Virus genome (UHGV): UHGV-0177677
Origin: a virus
Strand: one strand, 5' to 3'
Length of the DNA: 38,330 nucleotides
Position numbers and translations under genes: made by a program. The notes below the pieces were generated by a model that had not been told where the DNA came from, made no database searches, and saw nothing but the letters and a program-made list of their open reading frames with translations. Shown one piece after another: positions 18,302-27,499 of the stretch; the first letter of the stretch is position 1, and every line of letters begins with the position of its first letter.

Positions 18302-18794
18302 ACGCTGCCTTGTCGGGGCCGTGCTGGCTATTGCAGCTACGTTGCCGGGTTTTCAGCAGCTTCACACCTCCGTGGAGGGGCTGAAACTAATTGCCGATTA
18401 CGAAGGCTGCCGTCTGCAGCCGTATCAGTGCAGTGCAGGTGTCTGGACCGACGGCATTGGTAATACATCGGGCGTCATTCCCGGCAAAACAATCACGGAA
18501 CGACAGGCAGCAGAAGGGCTGATTTCCAACGTGCTGCGTGTGGAGCGGGCACTGGAAAGGTGTGTGAAGCAACAGCCGCCGCAAAAGGTGTATGACGCGG
18601 TGGTGTCGTTTGCCTTCAACGTGGGAACGGGCAATGCCTGCAGTTCCACACTGGTGAAATTACTCAATCAGCGGCTCTGGGCGGATGCGTGCCGACAGTT
18701 GCCGCGCTGGGTTTATGTTAAAGGTGTGTTTAATCAGGGGCTGGATAACCGCCGTGCGCGGGAGATGGCCTGGTGCTTACAGGGAGCAAACTGA
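18282..18794 (+). CDS. Endolysin, phage lysozyme-like with probable N-terminal SAR segment
   Basis: 170 aa; weakly hydrophobic Gly/Ala-rich N-terminus (LVGAVLAIAATLPGF), then a lysozyme-like E...D...T segment (EGLKLIADYEG...TDGIGNT). Confidence 0.75.
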   Translation: MNPSIVKRCLVGAVLAIAATLPGFQQLHTSVEGLKLIADYEGCRLQPYQCSAGVWTDGIGNTSGVIPGKTITERQAAEGLISNVLRVERALERCVKQQPPQKVYDAVVSFAFNVGTGNACSSTLVKLLNQRLWADACRQLPRWVYVKGVFNQGLDNRRAREMAWCLQGAN

Positions 18795-18795
18795 A

Positions 18796-19173
18796 ATGAA
18801 AAAGAAAGTAATCAGCGGGCTGTTTTTGATGTTATGGATAGCTCTGTTAATCGCCGCAATGGTGTATCCGCAGGGGATTTTTCCGGTACTGGCAGCATCT
18901 GGTGTCTGGGTAGCCTGTCTGCTGACATGGGCAGTAATTCCGGTAGCACTGGCTGCGTTAATTAAGAACGGCCCGCTCTGGCAGGAGTTGAGGGCATCTT
19001 TGCTGAAGAAAATTACCCGAAAAGAAAACGTATTTATCAGCTGGATGATGCGATTGCTGATTGTCGTCAGTCTCGCCTGGACGGGGTGGGCTATTACCCT
19101 GGTCTTTTATCTGCTGACCGTTATTGCCTTCTGGATCACCCGTAATCAGATGGCGCAACAGGTAGCAGCATGA
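18796..19173 (+). CDS. Lysis-associated membrane protein (LysA-like)
   Basis: About 125 aa from ATG at 18796; multi-pass membrane protein in the lysis cassette. Confidence 0.55.
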   Translation: MKKKVISGLFLMLWIALLIAAMVYPQGIFPVLAASGVWVACLLTWAVIPVALAALIKNGPLWQELRASLLKKITRKENVFISWMMRLLIVVSLAWTGWAITLVFYLLTVIAFWITRNQMAQQVAA

Positions 19174-19598
19174 ACCGGTTGCTGCTGGTTGTGCTGGCGT
19201 TATTACTGGCGGCGCTGGGCTGGCAGACGTGGCGGCTGGCTGATGCCAGCCAGACCATCAGCACGCAGGCAGACGAGCTTCGGAGCAAAAGCCAGGCACT
19301 GGCAAAGAGTAACAGCCAGCTGATCAGCCTGTCCATTCTGACTGAAACCAATAACCGGGAGCAGGCGCGGCTCTATGCCGAAGCAGAACAGACCAGCGCA
19401 CAGCTGAGACAACGACAACGCCGGATCGAGGAACTGAAACGTGAGAACGAGGATTTACGCCACTGGGCTGATACTCCTTTGCCTGCTGACATTATCCGGC
19501 TGCGGGAACGTCCGGCACTCACCGGAGGTGCAGCTTACCGTCAGTGGTTGTCCGCGAGTGACGCCGTGTCGGCTGGAGCAGGCAGCACCGCGCACTAA
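19170..19598 (+). CDS. lysB: i-spanin (LysB/Rz-like)
   Basis: 142 aa with N-terminal TMD then a coiled-coil, charged periplasmic domain. Confidence 0.7.
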   Translation: MNRLLLVVLALLLAALGWQTWRLADASQTISTQADELRSKSQALAKSNSQLISLSILTETNNREQARLYAEAEQTSAQLRQRQRRIEELKRENEDLRHWADTPLPADIIRLRERPALTGGAAYRQWLSASDAVSAGAGSTAH

Positions 19599-19731
19599 CG
19601 GTGATCTGAATGCGTTGCTGGATGAAACGGAGGCCGCCTGGGCGGTCTGTGCAGACAAAGTGGACATGATTATTGCGTGTCAGGAGCGAAACAGTGAACA
19701 AACCACAATCCCTGCGCCACGCCCTCAATAA
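19441..19731 (+). CDS. lysC: o-spanin lipoprotein (LysC/Rz1-like), nested in and extending past lysB in another frame
   Basis: 96 aa, lipobox LTLSGC, Pro-rich mature part. 96 aa equals the P2 LysC length. Confidence 0.65.
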   Translation: MRTRIYATGLILLCLLTLSGCGNVRHSPEVQLTVSGCPRVTPCRLEQAAPRTNGDLNALLDETEAAWAVCADKVDMIIACQERNSEQTTIPAPRPQ

Positions 19732-20125
19732 AGCGGTGCCTTATGTCCGCAATAACCCGGACAAACTGCATCTGTTTGTGGATAACGGTTCGCTGGTTGC
19801 CACGGGGGCCAGCTCCATGTCATGGGAGTACCGCTACACCCTGAACGTGGTGATTGAGGATTTCAGCGGCGACCAGAATCTGCTGATGGCCCCGGTTTTG
19901 CTGTGGCTGCGTGATAACCAGCCCGATGCCATCAATAACCCGGCGTTACGGGAAAAGCTATTCACCTTTGAGGTGGATATTCTGCGCAACGATGTCTGTG
20001 ATATCAGCCTCAACCTGCAACTGACGGAGCGTGTGCTGGTCAGCACTGACGGCAGTGTGTCGAGCGTTGAAGCTATAGCGGAACCTGATGAACCTGAAGA
20101 AATGTGGACGGTGAAACGTGGCTGA
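19694..20125 (+). CDS. R: Tail completion protein (P2 gpR)
   Basis: P2 R-like sequence. Probable GTG start at 19694 with RBS caggag; the track ORF begins at 19673. Confidence 0.8.
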   Translation: MNKPQSLRHALNKAVPYVRNNPDKLHLFVDNGSLVATGASSMSWEYRYTLNVVIEDFSGDQNLLMAPVLLWLRDNQPDAINNPALREKLFTFEVDILRNDVCDISLNLQLTERVLVSTDGSVSSVEAIAEPDEPEEMWTVKRG

Positions 20126-20570
20126 ACTGCAGAAAGTGGACGACTGGCTGAGTGCCTTGCTGGCGAATCTGGAGCCAGCCGCAAGAAGCCGCATGATGCG
20201 CCAGCTGGCGCAGGAACTACGCCGGACACAGCAGCAAAATATCAGAATGCAGCGCAATCCAGATGGCAGCAGTTATGAACCGCGACGGGTAACAGCACGC
20301 AGTAAAAAAGGCCGTATCAAACGTCAGATGTTTGCAAAGCTGCGCACCACAAAATACCTGAAAACTTCCGCCAGCGCCGACTCTGCCAGCGTGCAGTTTG
20401 AAGGCAAGGTACAGCGCATTGCCCGTGTTCACCACTACGGATTGAGAGAGCGGATAGGTAAAAGAAGCAAAAGTATTAAATACCCAGCTCGCAGATTGCT
20501 GGGACAAACCCAAGAGAGTAACCAGATAATTCTAAACACTCTCTTGAGGTGGATGACAAAAGATAACTAA
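20118..20570 (+). CDS. S: Tail completion protein (P2 gpS)
   Basis: 150 aa, GTG start; position and P2 S-like length. Confidence 0.8.
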   Translation: MAELQKVDDWLSALLANLEPAARSRMMRQLAQELRRTQQQNIRMQRNPDGSSYEPRRVTARSKKGRIKRQMFAKLRTTKYLKTSASADSASVQFEGKVQRIARVHHYGLRERIGKRSKSIKYPARRLLGQTQESNQIILNTLLRWMTKDN

Positions 20571-20573
20571 ATT

Positions 20574-22094
20574 CTAAGCTGGGGTTATCAGAGTATCAAT
20601 TCTCTTGATATCTGCAGCCGTTGCGTGAGGGCATTTTTTCAGGATGTTTAGCCATTTTTTATCTCTGGGTTGGTATTCTAAGTCACCATCGGTTTCAAGT
20701 TTCGAAAGAATGCCAACAATATCACTGTGGCTAATCCAATCTTGTTTTTCTTTAAATACATTCCATGTTGCCCAGCACTTCCCTATTTCAGATGGGGACG
20801 ACCATCGCATAATTTCTATTATATGGGATATTTTTTTGTCGAAACTTTCAGTGCCGGGGCTAGGGCTTATTCTTAAAATGTTAGAGAAAGGTACTTCAGC
20901 ATAGTTGAAGTCCCAAACCCCTTCTGTTTCGATGCACATTTTGACAACAGAAGCATGAAAATCTTGACGTATAAGCTCGTCAGGGTAACCGTGATTGTTG
21001 CTAAGTGTTATGACTACATTAACTAAAGCATCGAACTCTCTGTAGGGGATAATATTGTCTGGAGAAAGAAGTTTTCCGCCGAATTGAATGTACAATATTG
21101 GTTTCTTTAGAATGTCAATTATGGCTTTTGTCACGGCCCAGCTTGCAGCTCTTTGAGGACATAAGGCTTCTAGTTCCGCTTTTTTATTTTTTTTTCCTTT
21201 CGTAACGGTATCCATTACAGTTTTTATTTTGGGAAGAACATGTTCGTGCTCAAGGTTGAAACGATGAGGTGATTCTTTAAAGGATTTATATTCCTGAGAT
21301 AAATCTGCAAGGAAGTCTTCTATGGTTGCTTTAATCAGGTGTATATTTTTTGATTTAAATAAATACTTTGTCTCCTCGAAAGTTAAAGGGTTTGCATCTG
21401 GGTGAATTACCATGAATGCTGGCGGGTTTTTTCCATGCAGATGTGCTAATGCTTCTTCATAAAGGAAACCTATATTGGGGTCGGTTAAGCTGTAACCGAT
21501 GAATATAGGGGACATTTCTGAAAACAATGTGTAAATTTTTCGGCTAAGATAAGTGTCTTCGCGCTGAAAAGAAAAGTATTGACTTTGTGTTATAACAATC
21601 GAATCAGGTTTTCCGACGTCACCATGAATTTTGAAGATATTTTTCCCTTTTGTTGATACTTTAGGGAATGGATCCTTTCTGATGATTTTATTTGCCATAT
21701 GCTCAAATGTTTCTTCAAGCACCTCATCCCAGTTAGTTGTTACAATTGTATTGGGAGCGAAGAGTTTGAATCTTTTAAGCCATCTTGGTTCTTTAGTTTC
21801 TGTTTTTAAATCTATAATCGTCCTGGCAACGAGCGAATTGAAATCATATTCTTTTATTGATGATTCACTCATCGCATAACTTAAAAGTAATTCTGCAGCA
21901 CGCAGAGGCTGTGATGAATCTAATTTTAACGGGTACTCTATTCGCTTTGCTATTTCTTCAAGTACGGCCCCCCAACTTGGATATCCGAAATTGTACGAAA
22001 ATCCAGAGCCAATCCAGAGGAAATAACTCTTTGAAAATACTGATGATAATAGGGATTTTTTATTTTCTGAAGATAATTGATCTAAGCAACTCAT
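20574..22094 (-). CDS. SIR2-like domain protein (ThsA/DSR-type N-terminal SIR2 plus unknown C-terminal domain); candidate NADase defence effector
   Basis: Motifs WIGSGFS, TTNWDEVLEE, KIHGD, FIGYSLTDPN match the defence-associated SIR2 family. Likely start is ATG at 22092-22094 with RBS ggaagga (the track ORF extends to 22163). AT-rich, opposite strand, inserted between S and V. Confidence 0.8.
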   Translation of the reverse strand: MSCLDQLSSENKKSLLSSVFSKSYFLWIGSGFSYNFGYPSWGAVLEEIAKRIEYPLKLDSSQPLRAAELLLSYAMSESSIKEYDFNSLVARTIIDLKTETKEPRWLKRFKLFAPNTIVTTNWDEVLEETFEHMANKIIRKDPFPKVSTKGKNIFKIHGDVGKPDSIVITQSQYFSFQREDTYLSRKIYTLFSEMSPIFIGYSLTDPNIGFLYEEALAHLHGKNPPAFMVIHPDANPLTFEETKYLFKSKNIHLIKATIEDFLADLSQEYKSFKESPHRFNLEHEHVLPKIKTVMDTVTKGKKNKKAELEALCPQRAASWAVTKAIIDILKKPILYIQFGGKLLSPDNIIPYREFDALVNVVITLSNNHGYPDELIRQDFHASVVKMCIETEGVWDFNYAEVPFSNILRISPSPGTESFDKKISHIIEIMRWSSPSEIGKCWATWNVFKEKQDWISHSDIVGILSKLETDGDLEYQPRDKKWLNILKKCPHATAADIKRIDTLITPA

Positions 22095-22128
22095 AAGAAT
22101 CCTTCCAAAACAGATTTGATGATCATCT

Positions 22129-22146
22129 TGTGTGGGTGACTGCACA
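22129..22146. promoter_or_regulatory. Late-promoter activator site TGT-N12-ACA upstream of V (P_V)
   Basis: TGTgtgggtgactgcACA, part of the palindrome TTGTG-N10-CACAA, about 55 bp upstream of the V start codon. Confidence 0.6.
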
Positions 22147-22192
22147 AACCTCTTTAATATCACTGTCGTTTACGATAGGCAATGATTTCCAT

Positions 22193-22771
22193 ATGAACGC
22201 ACAACTAACCGAAATCATGCGCCTTATCACCAACCTGATCCGCACCGGCACCGTGACCGAAGTGGATCGGGAAAACTGGCTTTGCCGGGTGAAAACAGGC
22301 GACCTCGAAACCAACTGGATTAACTGGCTGACGCTGCGTGCCGGTGGTGCCCGTACATGGTGGTGTCCGTCGCCGGATGAGCAGGTGGTGGTGCTGAGCA
22401 TGGGGGGCAATCTGGAAACCGCTTTTGTGCTGCCCGCCATCTACTCCAGTCAGTTTGCGCCTCCGTCGGATTCCGTGGACGGCTGCGTGACGGAGTACCC
22501 GGACGGCGGCAGGTTTGAGTACGAACCCGCCACCGGGCGATGGTACGTCCGGGGTATCAAATCCATGGTGATCGAGGCGGCAGACAATATCACCCTCAAA
22601 ACCGGTCAGTTTGTGGTGGAGGCTGACACCACGCGCATCAACAGCGAGGTGGTGATCAATGGTGGCGTCACCCAAGGCGGCGGCGCGATGAGTTCCAACG
22701 GAGTCGTGGTTGACGACCATGAGCATACTGGCGTCCTGAAAGGCGGCGATACAACCGGAGGCCCGGTATGA
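22193..22771 (+). CDS. V: Baseplate spike/assembly protein (P2 gpV)
   Basis: ATG at 22193, MNAQLTEIMRL...; P2 V-like throughout. Confidence 0.9.
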   Translation: MNAQLTEIMRLITNLIRTGTVTEVDRENWLCRVKTGDLETNWINWLTLRAGGARTWWCPSPDEQVVVLSMGGNLETAFVLPAIYSSQFAPPSDSVDGCVTEYPDGGRFEYEPATGRWYVRGIKSMVIEAADNITLKTGQFVVEADTTRINSEVVINGGVTQGGGAMSSNGVVVDDHEHTGVLKGGDTTGGPV

Positions 22772-23127
22772 CGCTTTATATCGGGATGAACAATACCAGC
22801 GGTAAAGCCATTACTGATATTGACCATCTGCGCCAGTCGGTGCGGGACATTCTGCTGACACCGCAGGGTAGCCGTATTGCCCGTCGGGAATATGGTTCTC
22901 TGCTGTCGGCACTGATAGACCAGCCACAAAATCCGGCATTACGCCTGCAGGTCATGTCGGCAGTGTATGTGGCGCTGAGTCGCTGGGAGCCACGGCTGAC
23001 GCTGGATTCCATCACCATTAACAGCAATTTTGACGGTTCAATGGTGGTGGAGCTGACCGGGCGGCGTAATAACGGTGTGCCTGTTTCCCTTTCCGTATCA
23101 ACAGGAGCAGAGAATGGCAGTGATTGA
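22768..23127 (+). CDS. W: Baseplate protein (P2 gpW, gp25-like)
   Basis: 119 aa, P2 W-like, start overlaps the V stop. Confidence 0.9.
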   Translation: MTLYIGMNNTSGKAITDIDHLRQSVRDILLTPQGSRIARREYGSLLSALIDQPQNPALRLQVMSAVYVALSRWEPRLTLDSITINSNFDGSMVVELTGRRNNGVPVSLSVSTGAENGSD

Positions 23128-24022
23128 CCTTTCGCAGTTGCCTGCGCCGCAGATTGTGGATGTGCCGGACTTTGAGACGCTGCTTGCCGCACGCAAGGCA
23201 GAATTTGTGGCGCTTCATCCGAAAGATGAACAGGAGGCTGTGATGCGTACGCTGGAACTGGAATCTGAACCCGTCACCAAATTGTTGCAGGAGAACGCTT
23301 ACCGTGAGTTGCTTCTGCGCCAGCGCATTAACGAAGCCGCGCAGGCGGTAATGGTGGCTTACGCGATGGGCGGCGATCTTGACCAGCTCGCCGCCAATTA
23401 CAACGTGAAACGCCTGACGGTGACACCTGCTGATGATGACGCTGTGCCGCCCGTTGCAGCAGTGATGGAAAGCGATGAAGCGTTACGCCTGCGTGTGCCT
23501 GCAGCCTTTGAGGGGCTTTCAGTTGCGGGACCAACTGCCGCTTATGAATTTCATGCCCGAAGCGCCGACGGTCGGGTGGCGGATGCCAGTGCAACCAGTC
23601 CGGCACCTGCAGAGGTGGTGCTGACTGTCCTTAGCCGCGAAGGCGACGGAACAGCAGAAAAAGACTTGCTGGATGTGGTGGAGAAAGCCCTGAACAGTGA
23701 GAACGTCCGCCCGGTGGCTGACCGTCTGACGGTTCGCAGCGCAGAAATCATCCCGTACCGTGTGGAAGCCACCATTTTTCTTTATCCGGGACCGGAAGCA
23801 GAGCCGGTAATGGCAGCGGCAAAAGTCAGCCTGCAGAGGTACATCGCCAGTCAGACGCGGCTCGGTCGGGATATTCGCCGTAGTGCTATTTGTGCCGCGC
23901 TGCATGTTGAGGGTGTTCAGCGTGTGGAACTGGCTTCACCGCTGGCTGATGTGGTCCTGAACAAAACACAGGCCGCATCATGTACGCAGTGGAGCGTAAC
24001 CAACGGAGGAACGGATGAATAG
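23114..24022 (+). CDS. J: Baseplate protein (P2 gpJ)
   Basis: 302 aa from ATG at 23114 (MAVIDLSQLPAPQ); the track ORF starts at 23075. Confidence 0.9.
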   Translation: MAVIDLSQLPAPQIVDVPDFETLLAARKAEFVALHPKDEQEAVMRTLELESEPVTKLLQENAYRELLLRQRINEAAQAVMVAYAMGGDLDQLAANYNVKRLTVTPADDDAVPPVAAVMESDEALRLRVPAAFEGLSVAGPTAAYEFHARSADGRVADASATSPAPAEVVLTVLSREGDGTAEKDLLDVVEKALNSENVRPVADRLTVRSAEIIPYRVEATIFLYPGPEAEPVMAAAKVSLQRYIASQTRLGRDIRRSAICAALHVEGVQRVELASPLADVVLNKTQAASCTQWSVTNGGTDE

Positions 24023-24620
24023 TCTGCTGCCACCGGGTTCAACTTCACTGGAGCGCCGACTGGCGCAGACCTGTAGCGGGATTTCTGATCTGCAGGTGCC
24101 GCTGCGTGACTTGTGGAATCCGGCTACCTGTCCGGTCAGCTTCCTGCCTTATCTCGCCTGGGCGTTCTCTGTGGATCGCTGGGACGAGGGCTGGACAGAA
24201 AGCGTCAAGCGCCAGGTGGTGAAGGATGCTTTTTATATTCATCAGCATAAAGGGACCACCAGTGCCGTGCGTCGGGTGGTGGAGCCGTTCGGCTTTCTGA
24301 TCCGCATTATTGAGTGGTGGCAGACCGGAGAGACACCGGGCACGTTTCGTCTGGATATCGGCGTGCAGGACCAGGGCATCACTGAAGATACCTATCTGGA
24401 ACTTGAGCGACTGATAAGCGATGCCAAACCATGTAGCCGTCACATGATCGGCATGTCCATCAATCTGCAGACCAGCGGTCCGCATTGGGTGGGTGCCGCC
24501 AGCTATCTTGGCGAAGAAATCACGATCTATCCGTATATCAACGAAACAATTATTTCTGGCGGCACCGCGCATGAAGGCGGGGTGGTCCATGTTATTGACA
24601 CAATGAGAGTGAATCCATGA
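24015..24620 (+). CDS. I: Baseplate/tail protein (P2 gpI)
   Basis: 201 aa, P2 I-like, overlaps J and H. Confidence 0.85.
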   Translation: MNSLLPPGSTSLERRLAQTCSGISDLQVPLRDLWNPATCPVSFLPYLAWAFSVDRWDEGWTESVKRQVVKDAFYIHQHKGTTSAVRRVVEPFGFLIRIIEWWQTGETPGTFRLDIGVQDQGITEDTYLELERLISDAKPCSRHMIGMSINLQTSGPHWVGAASYLGEEITIYPYINETIISGGTAHEGGVVHVIDTMRVNP

Positions 24621-26122
24621 GCACAAAATTTTATACCCTGCTGACGGATATTGGCGCGGCGAAACTTGCCAGCGCCGCCGCGCTCGGTGTGCCTTTAAAA
24701 ATTACCCATATGGCGGTCGGCGATGGCGGAGGGACATTGCCAACGCCGGACGCAAAGCAGACTGCACTGGTAAATGAGAAACGCCGGGCTGCGCTGAATA
24801 TGCTCTATATCGACCCGCAGAACAGCAGCCAGATTATTGCTGAACAGGTGATCCCTGAAAACGAGGGCGGTTGGTGGATACGTGAAGTGGGCCTGTTTGA
24901 TGAGTCCGGAGCATTGATTGCCGTGGGCAACTGCCCGGAAAGCTATAAGCCGCAACTGGCTGAAGGCAGCGGGCGCACCCAGACCGTGCGCATGGTGCTG
25001 ATTACCAGCAGCACGGACAATATCACCCTGAAAATCGACCCTGCCGTAGTGCTGGCAACCCGCAAGTATGTGGATGACAAGGTACTGGAGCTGAAAGTGT
25101 ACGTGGATGACCTGATGGCAAAACATCTTGCCGCACAGGACCCACATTCACAGTATGCGCCAAAAGCCAGCCCGACATTTACCGGAACCCCCAAAGCGCC
25201 AACGCCAGCGGCAGGGAATAACACCACGCAGGTTGCGACCACCGCGTTTGTTCAGGCGGCACTGACGGCCCTTATTAATGGTGCGCCAGCCACGCTGGAC
25301 ACGCTAAAAGAAATAGCCGCAGCCATTAACAATGATCCGAATTTCAGTACCACCATTAACAATGCGCTGGCACTGAAAGCGCCGTTGTCGAGTCCGGCAC
25401 TCACCGGAACGCCAACAGCACCTACTGCGGCACAGTCGGTCAACAATACACAGATTGCCACCACGGCTTTTGTGAAATCGGCGATTGCGGCAATGGTGGG
25501 TTCTGCACCTGCTGCACTGGATACACTGAACGAACTGGCGGCGGCACTGGGGAATGATCCGAACTTTGCCACGACAATGCTTAATGCGCTGGCAGGTAAA
25601 CAACCGCTGGACAATACGCTGACTAATTTGAGTGGAAAGGATGTAGCTGGTCTTCTCGCATACCTTGGTTTGGGAGAAGGTGCTCCTGCTATTGGCGTTC
25701 CGTTCTTCTGGCCCTCCGCTGCAATGCCAAATTCTGTCATCGACAGCTGGTCCGGTATGGTGTTTTTGAAGTTCAACGGCGCGAAATTCTCTGCCACTGA
25801 TTATCCTGTGCTGGCGAAAGTGTTTCCTTCGCTGGTATTACCTGAAGCCCGCGGTGATTTCATTCGTATCTGGGATGACGGGCGAGGTGCAGACGGTGGT
25901 CGCGAATTATTAAGCTGGCAGGCAGCTACAAACTTTTCTCAGCGTGCCGGAAATATAGGCGAAGGTGCGGGACACGCAATTAACTTTCATGATGGCATCG
26001 CCGGAAATCAGCCAGGATTTTCACGATTTAATTTCACCAGTAACTCTGTGGGTGATGGTGTGAATTTTGTTGCTGTCAGACCGCGAAATATTGCATTTAA
26101 CTTTCTGGTGAGGGCTAAATAA
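24617..26122 (+). CDS. H: Tail fibre protein (P2 gpH), currently expressed variable C-terminus
   Basis: 501 aa; conserved N-terminus (MSTKFYTLLTDIGAAKLA...), internal tandem collar-like repeats, C-terminal part inside the invertible segment. Confidence 0.9.
   Translation: MSTKFYTLLTDIGAAKLASAAALGVPLKITHMAVGDGGGTLPTPDAKQTALVNEKRRAALNMLYIDPQNSSQIIAEQVIPENEGGWWIREVGLFDESGALIAVGNCPESYKPQLAEGSGRTQTVRMVLITSSTDNITLKIDPAVVLATRKYVDDKVLELKVYVDDLMAKHLAAQDPHSQYAPKASPTFTGTPKAPTPAAGNNTTQVATTAFVQAALTALINGAPATLDTLKEIAAAINNDPNFSTTINNALALKAPLSSPALTGTPTAPTAAQSVNNTQIATTAFVKSAIAAMVGSAPAALDTLNELAAALGNDPNFATTMLNALAGKQPLDNTLTNLSGKDVAGLLAYLGLGEGAPAIGVPFFWPSAAMPNSVIDSWSGMVFLKFNGAKFSATDYPVLAKVFPSLVLPEARGDFIRIWDDGRGADGGRELLSWQAATNFSQRAGNIGEGAGHAINFHDGIAGNQPGFSRFNFTSNSVGDGVNFVAVRPRNIAFNFLVRAK
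25653..25678. repeat. Left recombination (crossover) site of invertible tail-fibre segment
   Basis: TTCTCGCATACC-TT-GGTTTGGGAGAA, a 26-bp imperfect palindrome inside H. 15 nt (TTGGTTTGGGAGAAG) are the exact inverted repeat of 27488-27502. Confidence 0.65.
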
Positions 26123-26715
26123 TGAAACCTGTTTTTGATGAAAATGGGCTGGCTACAGTGCCGGGCGATATGCGTTGTTTTTATTATGATGCAGAAACAT
26201 CTGAGTATACGGGCTGGTCTGATGAATATATTAATACTGGCGTAAGTATGCCCGCCTGTTCCACTGGTATTGACCCTGGCGAAAACATTCCGGGAAAAGT
26301 GGCAGTATTTACGGGTAAGGGATGGAGCCATGAAGAAGACCATCGCAATGAGACCGTTTACTCAACTGAAAATGGCGCAGCTGTTACAGTGGATTATATC
26401 GGTGCCATCAAAGACGGTTATGTCACGCTTTCACCGTTAACGCCATACGATAAATGGGATGGTGAGAAATGGGTGACGGATACCGAGGCACAGCATAGCG
26501 CCGCAGTAGAAGCGGCAGAAGCACAGCGCCAGTCGCTGATTGATACTGCAATGGCTTCCATCAGTCTGATTCAACTGAAATTGCAGGCCGGACGTAAACT
26601 GACGCAGGCAGAAACAACTAGACTTAACGCTGTGCTGGATTACATTGACGCGGTGACGGCAACAGATACCAGCACCGCGCCGGATGTCATCTGGCCTGAA
26701 CTGCCGGAGGTGTAG
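26122..26715 (+). CDS. G: Tail fibre assembly chaperone (P2 gpG, Tfa)
   Basis: 197 aa, Tfa C-terminal motif (LDYIDAV...DTSTAPDVIWPELP). Confidence 0.85.
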   Translation: MKPVFDENGLATVPGDMRCFYYDAETSEYTGWSDEYINTGVSMPACSTGIDPGENIPGKVAVFTGKGWSHEEDHRNETVYSTENGAAVTVDYIGAIKDGYVTLSPLTPYDKWDGEKWVTDTEAQHSAAVEAAEAQRQSLIDTAMASISLIQLKLQAGRKLTQAETTRLNAVLDYIDAVTATDTSTAPDVIWPELPEV

Positions 26716-27127
26716 GCCATTCAATATCTGGAGCACTGGAGGTATCCACCAGTTCCAGTGCGTCCAGGTAATCCAGCCACAAATTATATTGCGCCAGTTC
26801 CTCACCGTTCAGACGACCAATAGCCGCCTTACCAGGCCATTGTTTACTGTTCATATAATCGTTGGCCTGATTAATCAGTTGCTGCTTTTCCTGTTCGGCT
26901 GCAGTAATCTGTTCCTCATGTGTTGGTGGTGGAATTTCAGACCATGCAGGAAAACCATTTTCTCCAGCGATACGGATTTTTCCTTTCGGCGGTAATCCGG
27001 AAAACTCAATATACACTTGCTCATCAACTTCAACAGCATCATCTGGCCATGAGTCAGCTTGAGTGTAATCCTCTTTCATCTCCAGCGGATAGAAAGAGTT
27101 TGTAGTCGCGGAATATATGTAATTCAT
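26687..27127 (-). CDS. Alternative tail fibre assembly chaperone (Tfa') in inverted orientation
   Basis: 146 aa, C-terminus LDYLDALELVDTSSAPDIEWPTPP parallels gpG. Convergent with and overlapping the 3' end of G. Confidence 0.75.
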   Translation of the reverse strand: MNYIYSATTNSFYPLEMKEDYTQADSWPDDAVEVDEQVYIEFSGLPPKGKIRIAGENGFPAWSEIPPPTHEEQITAAEQEKQQLINQANDYMNSKQWPGKAAIGRLNGEELAQYNLWLDYLDALELVDTSSAPDIEWPTPPAVQAR

Positions 27128-27148
27128 TTTTCACTCCATATAGCTAAA

Positions 27149-27499
27149 TTAACAGCCTAACGCTAAAAATGAAGCGCCGAGGCCTGGTTGGTTGGCTCTG
27201 GTAATAAACTTAACTGGGTCGGCACTAAAACCTGCACAGGCAATATAACCAACAGCCCCGCTATCTGGTGTGTAGTCTTGTGAGACCAAAACACGCAGAC
27301 ATCTGTTTGGAAATGCAATCGGGAAATGAGTTACTAAATCTTTAGGAATGTCTGTAGTACCGATTGATCCCCATTGAAGAATCAAACCGGATGGCAATTT
27401 TTGATACCCAACACTTGAAACAGAAAGCATGAAGCTACCCATATCCGGTATCTGATTATCTCCTGTGCCCACATCCCTTTTCGCCGCTTCTCCCAAACC
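27149..27499 (-). CDS. Promoterless alternative tail-fibre C-terminal segment (H'), expressed only after inversion
   Basis: Minus-strand ORF encoding ...[16 protein letters not shown]...[11 protein letters not shown].... Its 5' end coincides with the right crossover site and shares the LGLGE junction with H. Confidence 0.6.
   Translation of the reverse strand, partial: GLGEAAKRDVGTGDNQIPDMGSFMLSVSSVGYQKLPSGLILQWGSIGTTDIPKDLVTHFPIAFPNRCLRVLVSQDYTPDSGAVGYIACAGFSADPVKFITRANQPGLGASFLALGC

Noticed and set aside
25180-25620. CRISPR-like or other regularly spaced short repeats
   Set aside because: The only repeats are in-frame coding tandem units within the tail-fibre gene; nothing in the window has the short repeat-spacer periodicity of a CRISPR array.
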